Positions 63,075 to 64,000 of a DNA stretch of 64,000 nucleotides are shown here, in pieces. Numbering within the stretch: position 1 is the first letter of the stretch; each line of letters starts with the position of its first letter. This DNA is from Podarcis cretensis (Eukaryota), in contig OX638158.1 in the NCBI GenBank assembly GCA_951804945.1, forward strand, positions 17,732,001 through 17,796,000, read 5' to 3'. The notes under the pieces were generated by a model. The model worked only from the letters and a program-made list of their open reading frames with translations, ran no database searches and was not told the DNA's origin. The position numbers and the translations under genes are program-made.

Positions 63075-63223
63075 TCATATATCCAAATTCAGATGAAGAG
63101 GAAATTTTCCGGATTATTGGAGCTCAGCTGGCTGAAATCGGAGATCAGCTGGCTGCTGAGATTGACCCATCGCTCATACAGAATCTTGTGCGGCAGTATA
63201 TAGCGGAGAACATGTCCAAAGAG
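63075..63223 (+). CDS. BID: BID BH3 exon, 149 nt (IYPNSDEEEIFRIIGAQLAEIGDQLAAEIDPSLIQNLVRQYIAENMSKE)
   Basis: BH3 core LAEIGDQL; tttcag / gtgatt sites; later exons lie beyond the window. Confidence 0.93.
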
Positions 63224-63748
63224 GTGATTGAGAGGAATGAAATCTAAGGCTTACTTCAGAGTTTCATCTACCATGATAAGTGAAATCCTGGATCCAAATA
63301 ACTGCTGTGGTTATTTGGTTTTTCTGGAAACCCTTGCAAAGTCCATGCTTCTCTTGCAGAGGTGACTTGGTGAATGGGATGTATAATAATTACTTCAGCT
63401 TTACTGTTGGGACTGAGGAACATAAAATTGGAGTTGGGAGAGTGAGTTCAGCATGTTTTGCTGTAGATTCTCTTACAATCTCGTGAGCTAAAATGCGGTA
63501 ATTTCTACTTCAGGAACGCAGGGATATGTCTTCTTCTTGGACAGAGGACAACAAGGCATTCAGCTTCATTTCCATAGTTTCCATAGCTGAAATTTTTGTC
63601 CACCAGCAACAGGCTAGACTTGTAGTCTTGCAGCCAACTTAGCTGCAAAATTGGCATTGGGGCACAACAGTGTTCCACGAAGCAGGCGAGTCCAAGGCTT
63701 GCTCCCACTGCTTCCCTTGGGGTGATAAAAGTCCCTCCCCCTAGAAGG

Positions 63749-63890
63749 TAGAATCATAGAATTATAGAGTTGGAAGGGACCATGAGGGTCATCTAGCCCA
63801 ACCCCCTGCAAAGCAGGAATCTTTTTATCCAACATGGGGCTTGAACCTACATTCCTGAGATTAGGAGTCTCATGCTCTGCCAACTGAGCT
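63749..63890 (-). mobile_element. CR1 LINE 3' end plus adjacent tRNA-like SINE fragment
   Basis: TAGAATCATAGAA...GTTGGAAGGGACC...ATCTAG-CCAACCC is the typical CR1 terminus. Confidence 0.7.
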
Positions 63891-64000
63891 ATGTCACCAG
63901 ACTTCCATTATTTATGTCGAGGGTATTCTCATAAAAGCAGCCTCCCCATATGTGTGATGAAGCAGGCACAACCTTGCAAACAGAACATCATTTTTCATTG

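Noticed and set aside
1-64000. CRISPR arrays, tRNA/rRNA genes, prokaryotic systems
   Set aside because: Eukaryotic intron-exon DNA; tandem repeats lack spacers and tRNA-like boxes belong to SINEs

Overview
Vertebrate genomic DNA, inferred to be a squamate (probably lacertid) lizard from a Sauria SINE and the MITE families present. Two intron-containing genes lie on the + strand in the same order as human chr22q11. (1) The 3' part of MICAL3: acidic and Pro-rich linker exons, one 1.86-kb exon, the C-terminal bMERB coiled-coil exons ending ...KGFNLNWS* at 43025, four frame-preserving candidate cassette exons and a ~3.9-kb 3' UTR. (2) The 5' part of BID: CpG-island promoter/exon 1 at ~51.6-52.0 kb, then exons for MDQ, the LQTD|G caspase-8 site and BH3; the gene runs off the window end. 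Introns hold Tc1/mariner-type and hAT-type MITEs, SINEs, L2/CR1 fragments, a TTAA-flanked Kolobok-like element and a young 759-bp solo LTR carrying an intact 198-codon ORF. Most ORF-track entries are spurious. I cannot demonstrate a new biological system. The best leads are the ORF-bearing LTR, the Cys-cluster cassette exon inside the bMERB domain, an apparently lost splice acceptor in MICAL3, and a split uORF plus tandem donor in BID. Comparisons with human or chicken proteins are from memory, not from alignments run here.
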